From Balanoglossus misakiensis (taxonomy: Eukaryota > Animalia > Hemichordata): a stretch of DNA of 64,000 nucleotides. The stretch is taken from contig CM082579.2 in assembly GCA_040954595.2 (NCBI GenBank), positions 1,563,908 to 1,627,907 of the forward strand, in the 5' to 3' direction. The position numbers and the translations under genes are program-made. Shown piece by piece: positions 1 to 13,000 of the stretch (position 1 is the stretch's first letter; every line of letters starts with the position of its first letter). The notes beneath the pieces were generated by a model, which saw only the letters and a list, made by a program, of their open reading frames with translations, did no database searches and was not told the origin of the DNA.

Positions 1-2617
1 TTATGCAGTAGGACCAGTCTCCACGTTGTTAAACAATAGCAGTCTGTGACTTCAAAAAATTATAAATCAACTGAATCACACCTACAGAAAATTGGTACAA
101 ACATTTATAAAAGACACCCTAAATGACCCCAAAACAGATGCGAACTATGATTTTAGATATTGGCAAACAATATAAAATAAAGTAAAAACTAAAATATGTT
201 TTTAAATTTTTATTGCCTTGTGGTGACATATTGCCATAAAACAGCGACAACCACATGCACTTTACAAAGGACAATGGTAAAAAGGTTTACAACTGTAATG
301 CACATTGATTTCTGGATACAAGGACTCGACTGCAAAAGAGTTACACAACAATAGCACCAGTCAAGCAAAACGTCTCTTTGAATCATTGAGTATATGTAAT
401 GGACATTATCCGTTGTAAAAATGCGACACAAATAATTTATAAATTCGGTAAACAACATGAAAGTATTTGTGAAAAGGCAATAGAACCAATGATGTACAGG
501 TTTAAGAGTTTTGTTTATTAATCTGCTAATTAATTTAAAATCTCTCTGATGGAGGACATTTTGGTTTTGATTTTTAGGGCTTGCTAAAGTTGCAGCATAG
601 TGATTACAATATGAGCAGAATACTAGTAAGTATCTGAAAAAACATCACATTAACATCACAAACTAAAATGCATAATGAATTTGCTCCTTTAAACCTAGAT
701 TTGTAATGCACTCGTTAATTTCCAATGAGATTTCCAAACAGCAGTTGCATATCTGATGATGAAATACTGTTAGTTCCTTGCATACTGAATTTATATGGAA
801 TTTATTTCCTTCCCATTAAAGTCAGAGACTCAAATGTTCTGAATGTAAGGATTCAGAAATTTCCACATTTCAGATTCCTTTAATCTCCAGTGCATTGAAT
901 GCACTAAATTCCAATACCACATAGCATGATATGCAGAGGGACTTGCAAATATGCATCTTCAATAATAGCCAGTGATTATCATGCAAAAATTGTCTTTGTG
1001 GTGCTGACAGAAAGCAAATAGTAACCGCTGAGTTTGACATATCCAGTCTGAGGCCTTATCACGTACACTGTATGAAACATACTTTTCAGTCAACAATTGT
1101 TCTCTGTTATATTCTTATATCTAACCTAAATACTTGTGGGTTTCAGAACCTTCAGTTTGTCATATTCTTACAACACAACAGTATATTTGAACAGTTCTAA
1201 AACTGAAAACACGCTAAATGCTAAGTGCAATGATCTATTGTTATTTTTCTCGTTTCACTTTGAGCTTGAAATACAACAAGGCTTCATCACACAATTGGTC
1301 TTGGCATACATTACATTGCATATGCCCTTTTAAACAACATGAAGTTCAATGAATGTATATTTCCATTTGGTATGAAACTGACTATGGTCTATTTCTGTCA
1401 GCTCATGGTAATGTTCACCAGTACAGCACATGAAAAGAAAATCATATATTACCCACTATAAGCTATTGTCATAAAAGTAGTCAGTCCTGAGAGTTACATA
1501 ATAATTAATATCATAAAAACATGTTTTACAATATACTTATTTTTTTCATGGAACATAGTTGAAATATAAATCCTTACACAAAACAGTTTTGCTATATAAA
1601 AAAATCAAACAAGTTTCATGCCCTAATTATTGGATTTAAATAGAGAAAAGGAAACATAGCACTATATCAACTCTAGGGTACTCATTGTTTGAAAGTAGGT
1701 CACATGAGTCTGTTTACTTCATGCACACTAGCTTTACATGGATATGTTTTTGATCCCAATACTGGTTTAATTTTCATTCTTGATGCAATGTACTGATGCA
1801 CTTGATGGAAGATATTAGCTTAATGTAAAAAAAAATAATTGCATGAGTAGATATGTGCAGGATTGATTGCTATCACTTATATCTTTTCTCGTGCATCAAA
1901 AATTTGACAAGGTCAAATCCTGGAGTGGATGATTTGTATTGTGGTTGTCATAGTTACAGTTCACTCACTCTGTATGCTTACACACATACATTTGTATTGA
2001 TGTGCTAAATAAACTAGATTTGTGCCTTTGTCATTCCTTCACAGAGACTCAAAAGAGTTGTGCAATTAAGTTCACATGTCACTAAGTGTCCTCTGTTATG
2101 TAGATTTTGCAATGAGCTCAGTCATCAACAAAACCCACGAACAGATGATGGCCAAATCTACCTAGGGCCTCCAGTACAATAGACGTACGTTCGATATGGC
2201 ACATTCTTGTGTCGATACTACGATGTGGTAAACATGCTGTTATTGATTCAACCCTGCTTTGCGTAGGGAAGAAGCATCGTATTTGTATAGAACCCGAGAT
2301 TTATAAACACTTTTTAAATGTCAGCATCGAATTTATAGGCCGTTTACCACTGATCACTACTACATCCACAGACTCATGCGTAGCCTTGCATCCACCTTGT
2401 GTTGGGTCACTAGTCACTGTACAGGGACAAAATGAACACCACTGCGGTCTGATCTGTACACCTGCCAAGTGACCTAGTGATACACGACATGGATTGGGCC
2501 GATGTGTGTGTGTACATGGAAGTGAGAGTCTGTAGAGTTCATTTAGTCAGCTGTACAAGTGTTTTCAAACATAAATCTTCTGGTTAAGATATGTACATGT
2601 ATGTAAGTTTCACTTAC

Positions 2618-2956
2618 CGTGACCTCGTCTCCGTCATCTTCACCAGTTCCGCCTGGACCCCCGGGCGACTTGGCAATTTTCCTACGATCCCTGAAATAGG
2701 AAAACGCCGAAGCTACTACATGGTTCAATATAAGAGCCATCTTTTGGCGTCGAAATTTCCCCCAATACAAGTGATAATCAAGGCAACTTCGCCATCAATT
2801 TGTAGGCCAACATAGCGTAAGCGTGATAGTATTTTGCAGCTATTGATGTTGATAGTTTGCTCTAATTTCATTGGCCAGTTAAATTGATACGCCCTCTAGT
2901 GGTCACGTTACTCCAAAAAATTAAAAGTGGAAGAAGCACGCGCGATGAAATTACAT
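2618..2956 (-). CDS. 5' coding exons of an unidentified gene continuing beyond the window start (N-terminus MDRRKIAKSPGGPGGTGEDDGDEVT...)
   Basis: Clean 73-nt exon 2690-2618 (tttcag|...ACG|gtaagt), open in the frame DRRKIAKSPGGPGGTGEDDGDEVT. An upstream donor (AT|gtaatt at 2955/2954) supplies AT, which joins the exon's first G to form ATG. CpG-rich promoter-like sequence with a YY1 motif lies at about 3017-3110. No further exon recognised in 1-2617. Confidence 0.5.
2890..2905 (-). promoter_or_regulatory. CTCF-like binding motif (TGACCACTAGAGGGCG)
   Basis: Close match to the bilaterian CTCF core CCACYAGRKGGCR, in a promoter-proximal first intron. Confidence 0.5.
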
Positions 2957-3016
2957 TTTCAAGGACTTGTTGAATATCCATGAATCCAGAAATACGACTC
3001 AGATCGTCGGACTTCT

Positions 3017-3026
3017 CGCCATTTTG
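3017..3026 (-). promoter_or_regulatory. YY1-like motif (CAAAATGGCG) at the presumed TSS region
   Basis: cgccattttg on + strand in a locally CpG-rich segment upstream of the left-edge gene. Confidence 0.45.
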
Positions 3027-3879
3027 TGTCGCTCGTATACATTAGCGCGAGGCCTAATGGGATCTTGTTAATATTTAATTTCCGGTCGAGTTAGCGACCC
3101 GTGACGTGCATTGATGTCAGCAGGTGTCTACAGCAAATTCTTTTGTATAGAGCCTGCAACTATGAAGTAGGCTTAAATAGATGAAATCTACCGTCAACAC
3201 TTAATAACACACAGCAATCGAAATCTGCCATGGCGACCAAAATAATAATTTAATATGTTCAGCAGTTTCATTTTAAATTTGTTTTCGTTTGAATACGCGC
3301 TAAAAAAAATCCTACTTTTCAAATGGAACTCATCGTCGGGTACCCTGTCTCAACTTTCCTTCTCGCGTTAAAACCCATTGTCACATTCACTTGCCTATGT
3401 ACAATGGGGGCTGTTCAACGAGGCCAATTTACGGTACATGCGCTGACCTGTATGAACTGTAAACCTTTCACGATCTCTGTTTTCCTTTCTGTCTTTTGTT
3501 TCCACCCCAAAAAGCCCTTTTCACTATTTGCCGAATTTCAATTCATCTGAATAGTGTAGTCACCCTTGGCATTCCCGCATGTAGAGAAGCCTATGTTCCG
3601 CTAGGAGCTGCAGGGTCATGTCGTTTATAGGCCAAAAATACGCCCACATTTATTGTGTGAAGTTCCTAGCTTTTGACCAAATTACTGTTATAGGCCTTAC
3701 ACCATATTTTTACGGCTTTGATCAACTGAGAATTGAAAAGGTGGACAGTTCTATACTTCAGGCCTAGGCCTCCTAGGCCTATAAGTTTAGGCTGCACCAA
3801 AGCCTGCAAACATAGTCTACATTTCATTCCGCCAAATACTAGTATTTCAGTCGAACCCAAGTCTATATAAGCTATATTA

Positions 3880-4040
3880 GGTTAGTAGGCCTGAGGGTTC
3901 GAGTCCGACCTGGGCATGGATGGCCTTAGTCATCCCCGCCCTAGACGGCTTGAATATCCAACCTCATGTGGGTATGCGCGCAAGCCTATCAACGGAACCT
4001 GACTTGTGAAGATTATAAAAACTCTCATGTACAAAACTAA
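3880..4040 (+). mobile_element. Possible 5'-degenerate tRNA-derived SINE fragment
   Basis: Pol III B-box GGTTCGAGTCC at 3896-3906 followed by a GC-richer body. No clear A-box or cloverleaf; boundaries approximate. Confidence 0.3.
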
Positions 4041-5253
4041 GCCTAAAAGAACTTAAATCGGCAAGAATGGTGAAGCCTTATTCATTTGCCATTTGCCGTT
4101 CACCAAAAAAGTATGTTGTTTTAATCATCGTCAAATTGCCAAAATACTAGCAATATCAACATTTTGTTTTGCTTTGTTAGGCGTATTTGTTATTCGCAAT
4201 ACGATTCAAGTTGCGCACAGTCTTCGCATACTTCTCGGGGAAGAAACTTTTAATTTGCTGACGCATTTTTTTCAGAAAAGCGTGTCACCAGAAAATCGAT
4301 TTCAATGATTGGAATACGTCGCACTTGAATCTCTCTGTCCATGTGAAAATCTCATTAGGCCATGTATCGGGAAGAAATAATTTCACAGTATTATTTTTGA
4401 ATGATAAATTGCGTCCTTCGCTATTTGGGCCATTATCGGCGCACAATTTATTGTTCGGAAACGTCAATTTGCCTGATCATCCGTGACACTTAAACGGCAA
4501 TTTTGTGGAAACTTTAATTAGATGCGTATAAAAGCCAAATATTAATGTTCGCCTGTGTGACGTATTGGCGCGGCCCTAAACCTTAAAATAAAGCGCATAT
4601 ATTAAGTAAAGAGATATCACTCACTGATATTGAAAGCGCGAATTTATTAACGCTTCATTGGTATTTATTGCACATATTATAAACTCTAACGCCTCGCTCC
4701 AAATAGTTCATTTTCGACCAATTTAAATTTACAGCAGAAGCACTTGAAATGTCTGTATAATGTCTGAAGCTCTCATGGTAGCGCATCACAAAACTCTAGC
4801 GTCTGGCGTGTAGTAGTGTTTTTGCAGGGATGTTGGTATGCAGGTCGTGTATAAGGACCGCTTGACAGTTAAAATCTCAGACAACTACCACTCTTCTGAG
4901 GTTAATGCCGTGTTCCTGCTCCTTTATAGGGATGGAGATAAGCGTTATACGGTCTGCAGACAAAACAGCGCATTTTAGGCCTACGTGCATACACTGTGCT
5001 AGCAAGAAATGTCACGAGACGACGAACTGGAGTGGTTAAGGCATTTGATGTATTCTTATCAGGGGGAAGTTCCTTCGGACGTAAATCCTGTGGAATAACA
5101 CAGTAAATGCTGTCGATATAATTTCGAATGGGGGGAATATTGCATTATGGGGTTATCATAGCACGCCCTCTCTTGACGTACCGGTTCTGTGGAATTGCAA
5201 TGTCAATGGCGTGAAGTACAGTCCATTATCATCCCCATATTCTTGCTTTTTTC

Positions 5254-6679
5254 GACCGATTTCTGCACAAGTATAATGAAACGTTCATTTTCGATATAGT
5301 TGCCTTATACCTTATATATTGAAGTTAACATACATAGCTTTTGGTAATTTTTATCGAGAAAGAAAAACATCGAAAAAAGCTTCAGAAATAAAGCGGTCCC
5401 AGAAACGCCCGCAAAATGTGTATGCCCACAATCCACAGTAGAATCAAACATCGACGCAAACAGTGACCAATTTCTGCACAAGTATAATAGAAAGTTCATT
5501 TTTGATATAGTTGCCTAACACCTTATGTATTGAAGTTAACATACATAGTTTCTGATAATTTTTATCGAGAAAGAAAAACATCGAAAAAAGCTTCAGAAAT
5601 AAAGCGGTCCCAGAAACGCCCGCAAAATGTGTATGCCCACAATCCACAGTAGAATCAAACACCGACGCAAACAGTGACCAATTTCTGCACAAGTATAATA
5701 AAACGTTCATTTTCGATATAGTTGCCTAACACCTTATGTATTGAAGTTAACATACATAGTTTTTGATAATTTTTATCGAGAAAGAAAAACATCGAAAAAA
5801 GCTTCAGAAATAAATCGGTCCCAGAAACGCCCGCAAAATGTGTATGTCCACAATCCACAGTAGAATCAAACATCGACGCAAACAGTGACCAATTTCTGCA
5901 CAAGTATAATAAAACGTTCATTTTCGATATAGTTGCCTAACACCTTATGTATTGAAGTTAACATACATAGCTTTTGATAATTTTTATCGAGAAAGAAAAA
6001 CATCGAAAAAAGCTTCAGAAATAAATCGGTCCCAGAAACGCCCGCAAAATGTGTATGCCCACAATCCACAGTAGAATCAAACATCGACGCAAACAGTGAC
6101 CAATTTCTGCACAAGTATAATAAAACGTTCATTTTCGATATAGTTGCCTAACACCTTATGTATTGAAGTTAACATACATAGCTTTTGATAATTTTTATCG
6201 AGAAAGAAAAACATCGAAAAAAGCTTCAGAAACAAAGCCGTCCCAGAAACGCCCGCAAAATGTGTATGCCCACAATCCACAGTAGAATCAAACATCGACG
6301 CAAACAGTGACCAATTTCCGCACAAGTATAAAAGAACGTTCATTTTTGATATAGTTGCCTAACACCTTATATATTGAAGTTAACATACAAAGCTTTTGGT
6401 AATTTTTATCGAGAAAGAAAAACATCGAAAAAAGCTTCAGAAACAAAGCCGTCCCAGAAACGCCCGCAAAATGTGTATGCCCACAATCCACAGTAGAATC
6501 AAACATCGACGCAAACAGTGACCAATTTCTGCACAAGTATAAAAGAACGTTCATTTTTGATATAGTTGCCTAACACCTTATATATTGAAGTTAACATACA
6601 TAGCTTTTGGTAATTTTTATCGAGAATAAAAAACATCGAAAAAAGGGTCAGAAAATAAAGCGGTCCCAGAAACGCCCGC
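5254..6679. repeat. Tandem array (satellite/minisatellite), 211-bp unit, about 6.8 copies
   Basis: Anchor gacc(g/a)atttctgcacaagtat recurs at 5254, 5465 and onward at 211-bp intervals. Near-identical spurious ORFs in the track are also spaced by 211 (5444, 5655, 5866, 6077, 6288). Confidence 0.97.
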
Positions 6680-6974
6680 GACCATAATGCGCATCTTTAT
6701 ACAGCTATTAAATCCTCTCGTTTACACGTCCGAACAATAGGCGATCCTCGACCGTCTTTCTTGAGGGATTGAGGGACTTTGGTGACGTGAAAGGTAAAAA
6801 CACCTTTGAGGAGGCAGGGGTGAGCTGGGTTAACACCAGCAGAGACAGGACATATACATATCTATGTTGCAGATCATACCGTATATCTTTATTAACATCA
6901 CATTCCTATGATACGCACTTGGTTACCAGATCAGTAAGACTAGAAATATGACTGGAATTGTTAAGATACAATGT

Positions 6975-7004
6975 AAACAAACAAACAAACAAACAAACAA
7001 ACAA
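6975..7004. repeat. (AAAC)n microsatellite, possibly the 3' tail of a retroposon
   Basis: Seen directly; preceded by ...gactggaattgttaagatacaatgt. The SINE-tail interpretation is inference. Confidence 0.85.
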
Positions 7005-10000
7005 ACCAACAGTATAGTCTTTTCAGTTTTCAAAAAAAACATCAATGATATGCATGATACGCAATAAAGCAATTATTTTCAATGAGTGTAACATGTCATG
7101 AATAGGTGGTAAAGATGAGAAATAAATTTATTCTATATGGACAGTATCCAGAAGCCCTTAGAATTTTTGCATCAGTTGCACAGGGGAAGTAATATAATTA
7201 GCACTTAGCAGGTGTTAATATTGATGCAAACAATTTTCTTACAACAATAAATAGTGAAAACATGTCTTGGTACATGTTACCCAGAGATTACAGTTATTAA
7301 CGTTCAGATCCGACACGAACAGCAAATTGTGTCAAATGCAAGACACAGTTTCTAGTGGTCAGAAATTAAATCTCCTAGTAAACACACCAATGACATTTTC
7401 TGTCTAATTTTTTTATCGGATCTACACCTGGACGGCATGCACAACTACTGCAATGAGTAGTTCACCCAGTTTCAGCTCAGATGCAACGTCCAGGTTCACT
7501 AATTATGCAGAAGTGATATACATGTCATGTCGCGTACGTAAAACAACTGATGTGGAAATCTGGATACGTTTGGAGTTATATGTGCATCAAGACGAAGTAT
7601 GCATGCACTGTACACGTGGAGAATTTTCCAGGATAATGACCCGAGGTGGGATGAAAGTTGAAAGGTCATGTGAAGATATGAAATCCAAGCAGTTAATAAT
7701 GTATGAATATATAAGGCAGCCTCATTTAAATAACTTTTATATAGCACAGTTTAGATCTGTCTCCTACACACCATGGTCTAGTTATTAATCACAATTTAAC
7801 TATCATTCATTAAACTGAAAATCGATCAATACAATTCTCTTTCTCTTGTACTAATGAACAGTTCTGAAACAAATGTATAAGATTGATCTAGACTACAAAA
7901 TGTTAGTTTTCACCATTGCAGATTTTGTGCAAATTATGCCAGTAAGTTTACAGGTAAAATGCAGAGATTTGGACAATGGTTTTCATGTAAGTGTGGCCTA
8001 TTAGAGGAAGAGTGTGACATTGTTGAATTTGTGTTTCAAATCACATAATTTGCATATAGAATAGGTGACCCACAAGAATCAGGGCAGCTTGGTAACGGAG
8101 GAGAATATGAGATTGTCTTTATGATGTACTGATGGTCATGCTTCGATGCAAACTACTGTAACACAAGTCATTCTGGTGATAAGAGTCCCTGATGAGAGCT
8201 CCTCTGAGTAACATATATGATGTGCCACTGAATTAATCATTTGTTTTATGTACCGCTGTTGGGGCACAACATGGTGTCTTTCACTGCCAATGTATCACTA
8301 CCGCTAGTAATTAGCTCATCATTTCTTAGCCATTTGTCCGCCATATTGAATTCAATTATTGTTTCATGTCCTGTCAAAATAAACAGCCATTTCTCTCTTC
8401 TGTAGCAGTAGCCTTGTGCAATTTGCCACCTGCATATAACTTCACATAAAATGCAGCTGTTCCAGTGAAAAATAAATAAATGTAAACATGCAACAAAATA
8501 TAGCTTTGAATGGCTTTAAAAACACCCTGTGTAACGTCAGGTTTAAAAATGTCCAAAACTGATGTTTTAGAAAAGAGTCAGTTATCTTGGATTTTAAAGT
8601 GACAACTCATTATAGTAAAATAAACATTGCACAACAATCAAAAAGTACTGTCAAATGATTTCTCATGATTTAAAAAAAGTTTTAATACTTGCAAAACTTT
8701 ATTATAAGCTCTACTGGAAAAAGCATGCATTTGGATGACATTAGCATGATTGGTGGGATTACGCTAATTTCATAGTGTGGTTTATTTACGTTGTGGTGGT
8801 GGCATATGCTTCTTGACTATTGACTGTTTGGTAAAAAAAATGATCAAGCAGTGATAATTAGCAGAGTTCTTCTCGTAACGGATGTTGGCTGCACTGCTGT
8901 GAGAATTGCACCCTGCCAGGACAGTTATTTGAAATGTAAATGCCAGATATTTTAGAACTTTAACAGGCTTATTAAGGTTTCTTTAACCCTACACACCACT
9001 CTATGCAGTACATCTGCTGTCAGGATTGATTGTACATCACAATGCTGATTTTGTTTTCAAAAAGTACTTCAGTCATCCTCCAATCAATGACATCAATGCA
9101 CACAAGCAGTGTGCCATTCATAAGATACTTTCTCTATGTATCAGCGACCTGCTCTGACGCACTAGATCCTTGCATGACCTTACGTCCTGGCATTTTGATG
9201 GTATATTGTGTTCATAACTGAATACTTCCTTGCCAGATAATGCAAAAATTGTTTTGATGGGTTAGAGTGACAGAATCCAGTCAGTACAGTTCACTGTTTC
9301 AAAGTTGATGATTGCTATGACATTACCTCTTCTAAGTCTGTAATGCTGAAAACGTGCTCTATACAATAACAAACTTAAACCTCTCTTTTACCACTTACAA
9401 TATTGGTTTCTTCCTGTACTTTTCACGGAAGAACTAAACTTTGGGGGTTAAATGGTCAAACTTGTGGACAAATAAATCACAAAGCACTTATACCACTGAA
9501 GTCACCTAAATCAATGGCTAATATCAAAATTAAAACACTTTTCAAAGCTATGGGGTGCAAAATTTAGACTTGGTTCAAGTCAGACAAGGTCATTTGTGAC
9601 AAGTTCTTGTGTATTTATGATTGTTTGACAATGAAACTTTGAGTGGGCAGAACACAGTTGGGCAAATCTACCACTGATTTTGCAGTAATCTTCCTGTGTT
9701 GTTTCGTGTTTACCCTTCTAAGAGATCTTCACATCTGATGAAATCACAAATTCACAGGAATTTGCTACAAAATGCACAGACTTGAGTCAAATCTTTGGGA
9801 AACATGACAAAATGAGAAAATAAAACATTGCACATTTTGGTAAGAAAATCTAACCTATCGACAAAACACCACTTTTTCATTAAAAATACTGGTACATGTA
9901 AATCTAATATGATTACAATATATACAAATATAAAGTACAAGACTGGGTTATACTAAGTTTACGATTACAAGAAGGACATGTTTAACTAACATCTACTGGT

Positions 10001-10067
10001 AATTAAGTAGCTTGAAGTTTTCAGCATGTGCTGTGTGTATCATCGCCAGGGTTTGGTGGAGGTGGGA

Positions 10068-13000
10068 TCACAGTCCTTCTGGCTTGGTCTTTGTAGTGTC
10101 ATATGCTCGGATCAGTTGTGCCTGAATGTGTCATAGATACAAAACAAAGATAGAGGGTAAGTAAACAAACAAACAAACAAACAAACAAACAAACAAACAG
10201 TGCATGAATGAATGAATGAATTCTGTAGTGGTCTTTGAGTGGCAGTTCTCTCCAACTGATCTTTCAGTCCGCAATTTGTGGTGCTATGGACAGAGTCAGT
10301 GAAATATCCTACCTGTGGTATGACACCATGCTCTTCTTGAGAAAATGCGTAGCCATCTGTTGAGAAAGTAGTGGAAATAGACCATGTTAGTTGAAACTCA
10401 GTATGCTATTCCCGTCATGTGTCCCCGTGCAGGCCGTAAGACTAGCCCCAGATTGCTTTACAAGAACAACAGTGGGCAGACTAAGTTTCAAAGAAACACG
10501 CAAACGGAAATTTCTGTGGATTGAAATTATCCAACAAAGGGTATTCTATTTTGGTGCAGCTGTAATGGAAGAAGGAAAGGTTAGATATAGAAGGATCAAT
10601 TAAAACTATATCAGGGAACATATCATAGCACCAATTAACACTGTACTGTACATGTACTGTGAAACTTATCCCAACTGAGCTAAATCACATCCGACTGGAA
10701 ACTGTGTTGATACTTAACACAGTTCCAATTCGCTTCCACACTGCTCACTGCTGGAACCAATATAAACCAAACATGTCAAAATCAAGAGAGAAGTCTTGCA
10801 TCTACCTCAAGGAAATGAGTTTCTTTTTATTACTTACGCTGTGACATCTCGTATGGATCAGCAACTGGACGACTAGGCTTCCTCGTGAATAGATTCTTCA
10901 ACAATCGAGATGTTTCGGTCAAGCTACGGAGGAAAAAGGCAAACTCTAAATCAACAATCACAAAAATTCAACCCAACCAACCCCACTTCTCAATACATCT
11001 ACTTGCTTCATCCTACTCCAACATGAAGTTGCTTGGATTTTTGCAAGTGGGTTGGGTCAGGTTTGGATAGTTTCTGTTGGATGATATATGTCTTTATTAT
11101 TTTAAACCATTACAGCCGTTACTATTTTTAGATGTAGTGCAAATGTAATGATCCCTTGCTGGTACCTGATAGTGAATCTTTGAATGACAACATTGACACT
11201 CAAAAAAAATTACAGTTTACAATTTTAATTCATTGTTTCATGAATTTTGAAGCTTGGATTTGACAGATGTCAATGCTGAAGTCAAGTGCAACACACAGGA
11301 CATAAATTATTGGTAGGATTACATCCTGGAACTTGTGGGCAGGTGCAAATGTTAATACAAAGTTTATTAACTACAAAAGGGTTTGAAAGAGACTTCTATA
11401 TACACGTGTAAAGAAACAGACGTAAGCAATTAAATTTTTACTTTGAAGGCTCAGTAAACAAGAAAGCTAATTGGTTAATTCTTGTCCCAGAAAGTGCCAG
11501 GATATATGACCTTATAAGGGCAATGGGTGTGACCTCAAAGGTCATAGCAGTGTGACCTGAAAGAGGTCACTGAGAGCTAAGAGATCTTCAGAAGGTCAGA
11601 AAGCACGACCTTGTGAGTTGGAGTGGTTTAGAAGCTTGGTTATGGTTTGCTTGAGCGGGGGTTAGAGCTTGATGGAGTGTTAAATGCTGCGAATTCCCCA
11701 AAAGCACACACCGTTACTTTACCAAGGGTTTGTTTGAGAACTTTAATACGGAGGGGAGCAGAGAGGACACAGAACATTTGGACAAAAGGAGTGGACAGCT
11801 GGAAAGTTCGCAAGGAAATGTGACCGACCTGTGTACGATTTTGATATAGCCGGCATTGATGGTTTGCAAAGACAAACAAACCAATTGTCCTGCGTTAATT
11901 ATAAAAAGCCAATTAAAGAAACATAACGACAAAGTGAGTGAACAAACTCAAACAGTTCTCAAAGAAACCCTGATGCTTTTTGTTACATGTACTTTTATTC
12001 TATAAATAGCATGTAGATGCAGAGCTTTGGCATTTTGATTTGAGAAACATACCGTGTACTTCTTGTAACGTTCTGTTGATTTAAACTAAAGGTAGATGGT
12101 ATGTACTCGACTGGCTGACCTCAAAAGTAGTGGTGTTTGTTCATTTATCAGCTGCCAACTAAATATAATATGGTACGGCACAATAAATGAAATTTGGCAT
12201 GCGTGATGACGATAATCAATAAATAATTGTCATCTCAAAAATAAACAAAATACAGAAACATTTGGCCATGCTGTGTTTGTCTGTAAGGCCAGCCATTACA
12301 TTATGCACAGGGGAAGCAAAAATAGATTTTAAAACTGAACTTGTCTGAGAAACAAATAGCTATTGGAGTGGGACAAAATTGGAGATAATGGGAGAGGACA
12401 GACAAGGCAATAGTGAATGCACTGAGACAACATCAAACACTAGGATATGTACACAGCACATCACACAGCACAAACTTTTTCACCCTTAATAACCCCTAGA
12501 TTTCAGCTCTGTTTTCTTAAAATCATATCACTGGCATCTTTTGTTGACCACACATACAATTCATTGGAGAAAACAGATTGAAAAGAATGAGTAGATTCTT
12601 TTCGAAAGATTACAAATTTCTCAATCAATGTCATGAGGATTTTTCAAATTCATTTGTAGCCATACACATATTAGTGTCAGATAGTACAAATTAAGACCTG
12701 CAGGGAAAATATTAATTGCTCTCTTTACCACCTTGAAGCCTGAAATTAAATTACATGTCATTTCAAATGGGTAATATATTATTTTAATTTTTACAAGCAC
12801 TGCTTTAGTCTATGAGGAATATGTCAGAGGATGTGTTAGAAAGCCCGCTATATGCATAATGTACAGTTAGCTGCACTCACTATACATATATACACATTTC
12901 CTCTAGAAATTTTCTGAAATCTGAGAGTTTGTCAAAAGATTGAGATTAATCCTTGGGTAAAGCTGAAAGACACTTACGTTTTGCGTGTAGCTTGCTCAAT

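Noticed and set aside
2999-3001. Selenocysteine UGA in the left-edge gene
   Set aside because: No selenoprotein-like context and the 3' UTR, where a SECIS would be, is outside the window; a uORF is more parsimonious.
4829-5250. Degenerate coding or transposase fragment upstream of the satellite
   Set aside because: Only ~50-codon open frames and no recognisable motif.
5305-6554. Six near-identical 64-88 aa ORFs / CRISPR-like periodicity
   Set aside because: Products of the 211-bp tandem unit; 211 is not a multiple of 3, there are no unique spacers or cas genes, and the context is eukaryotic.
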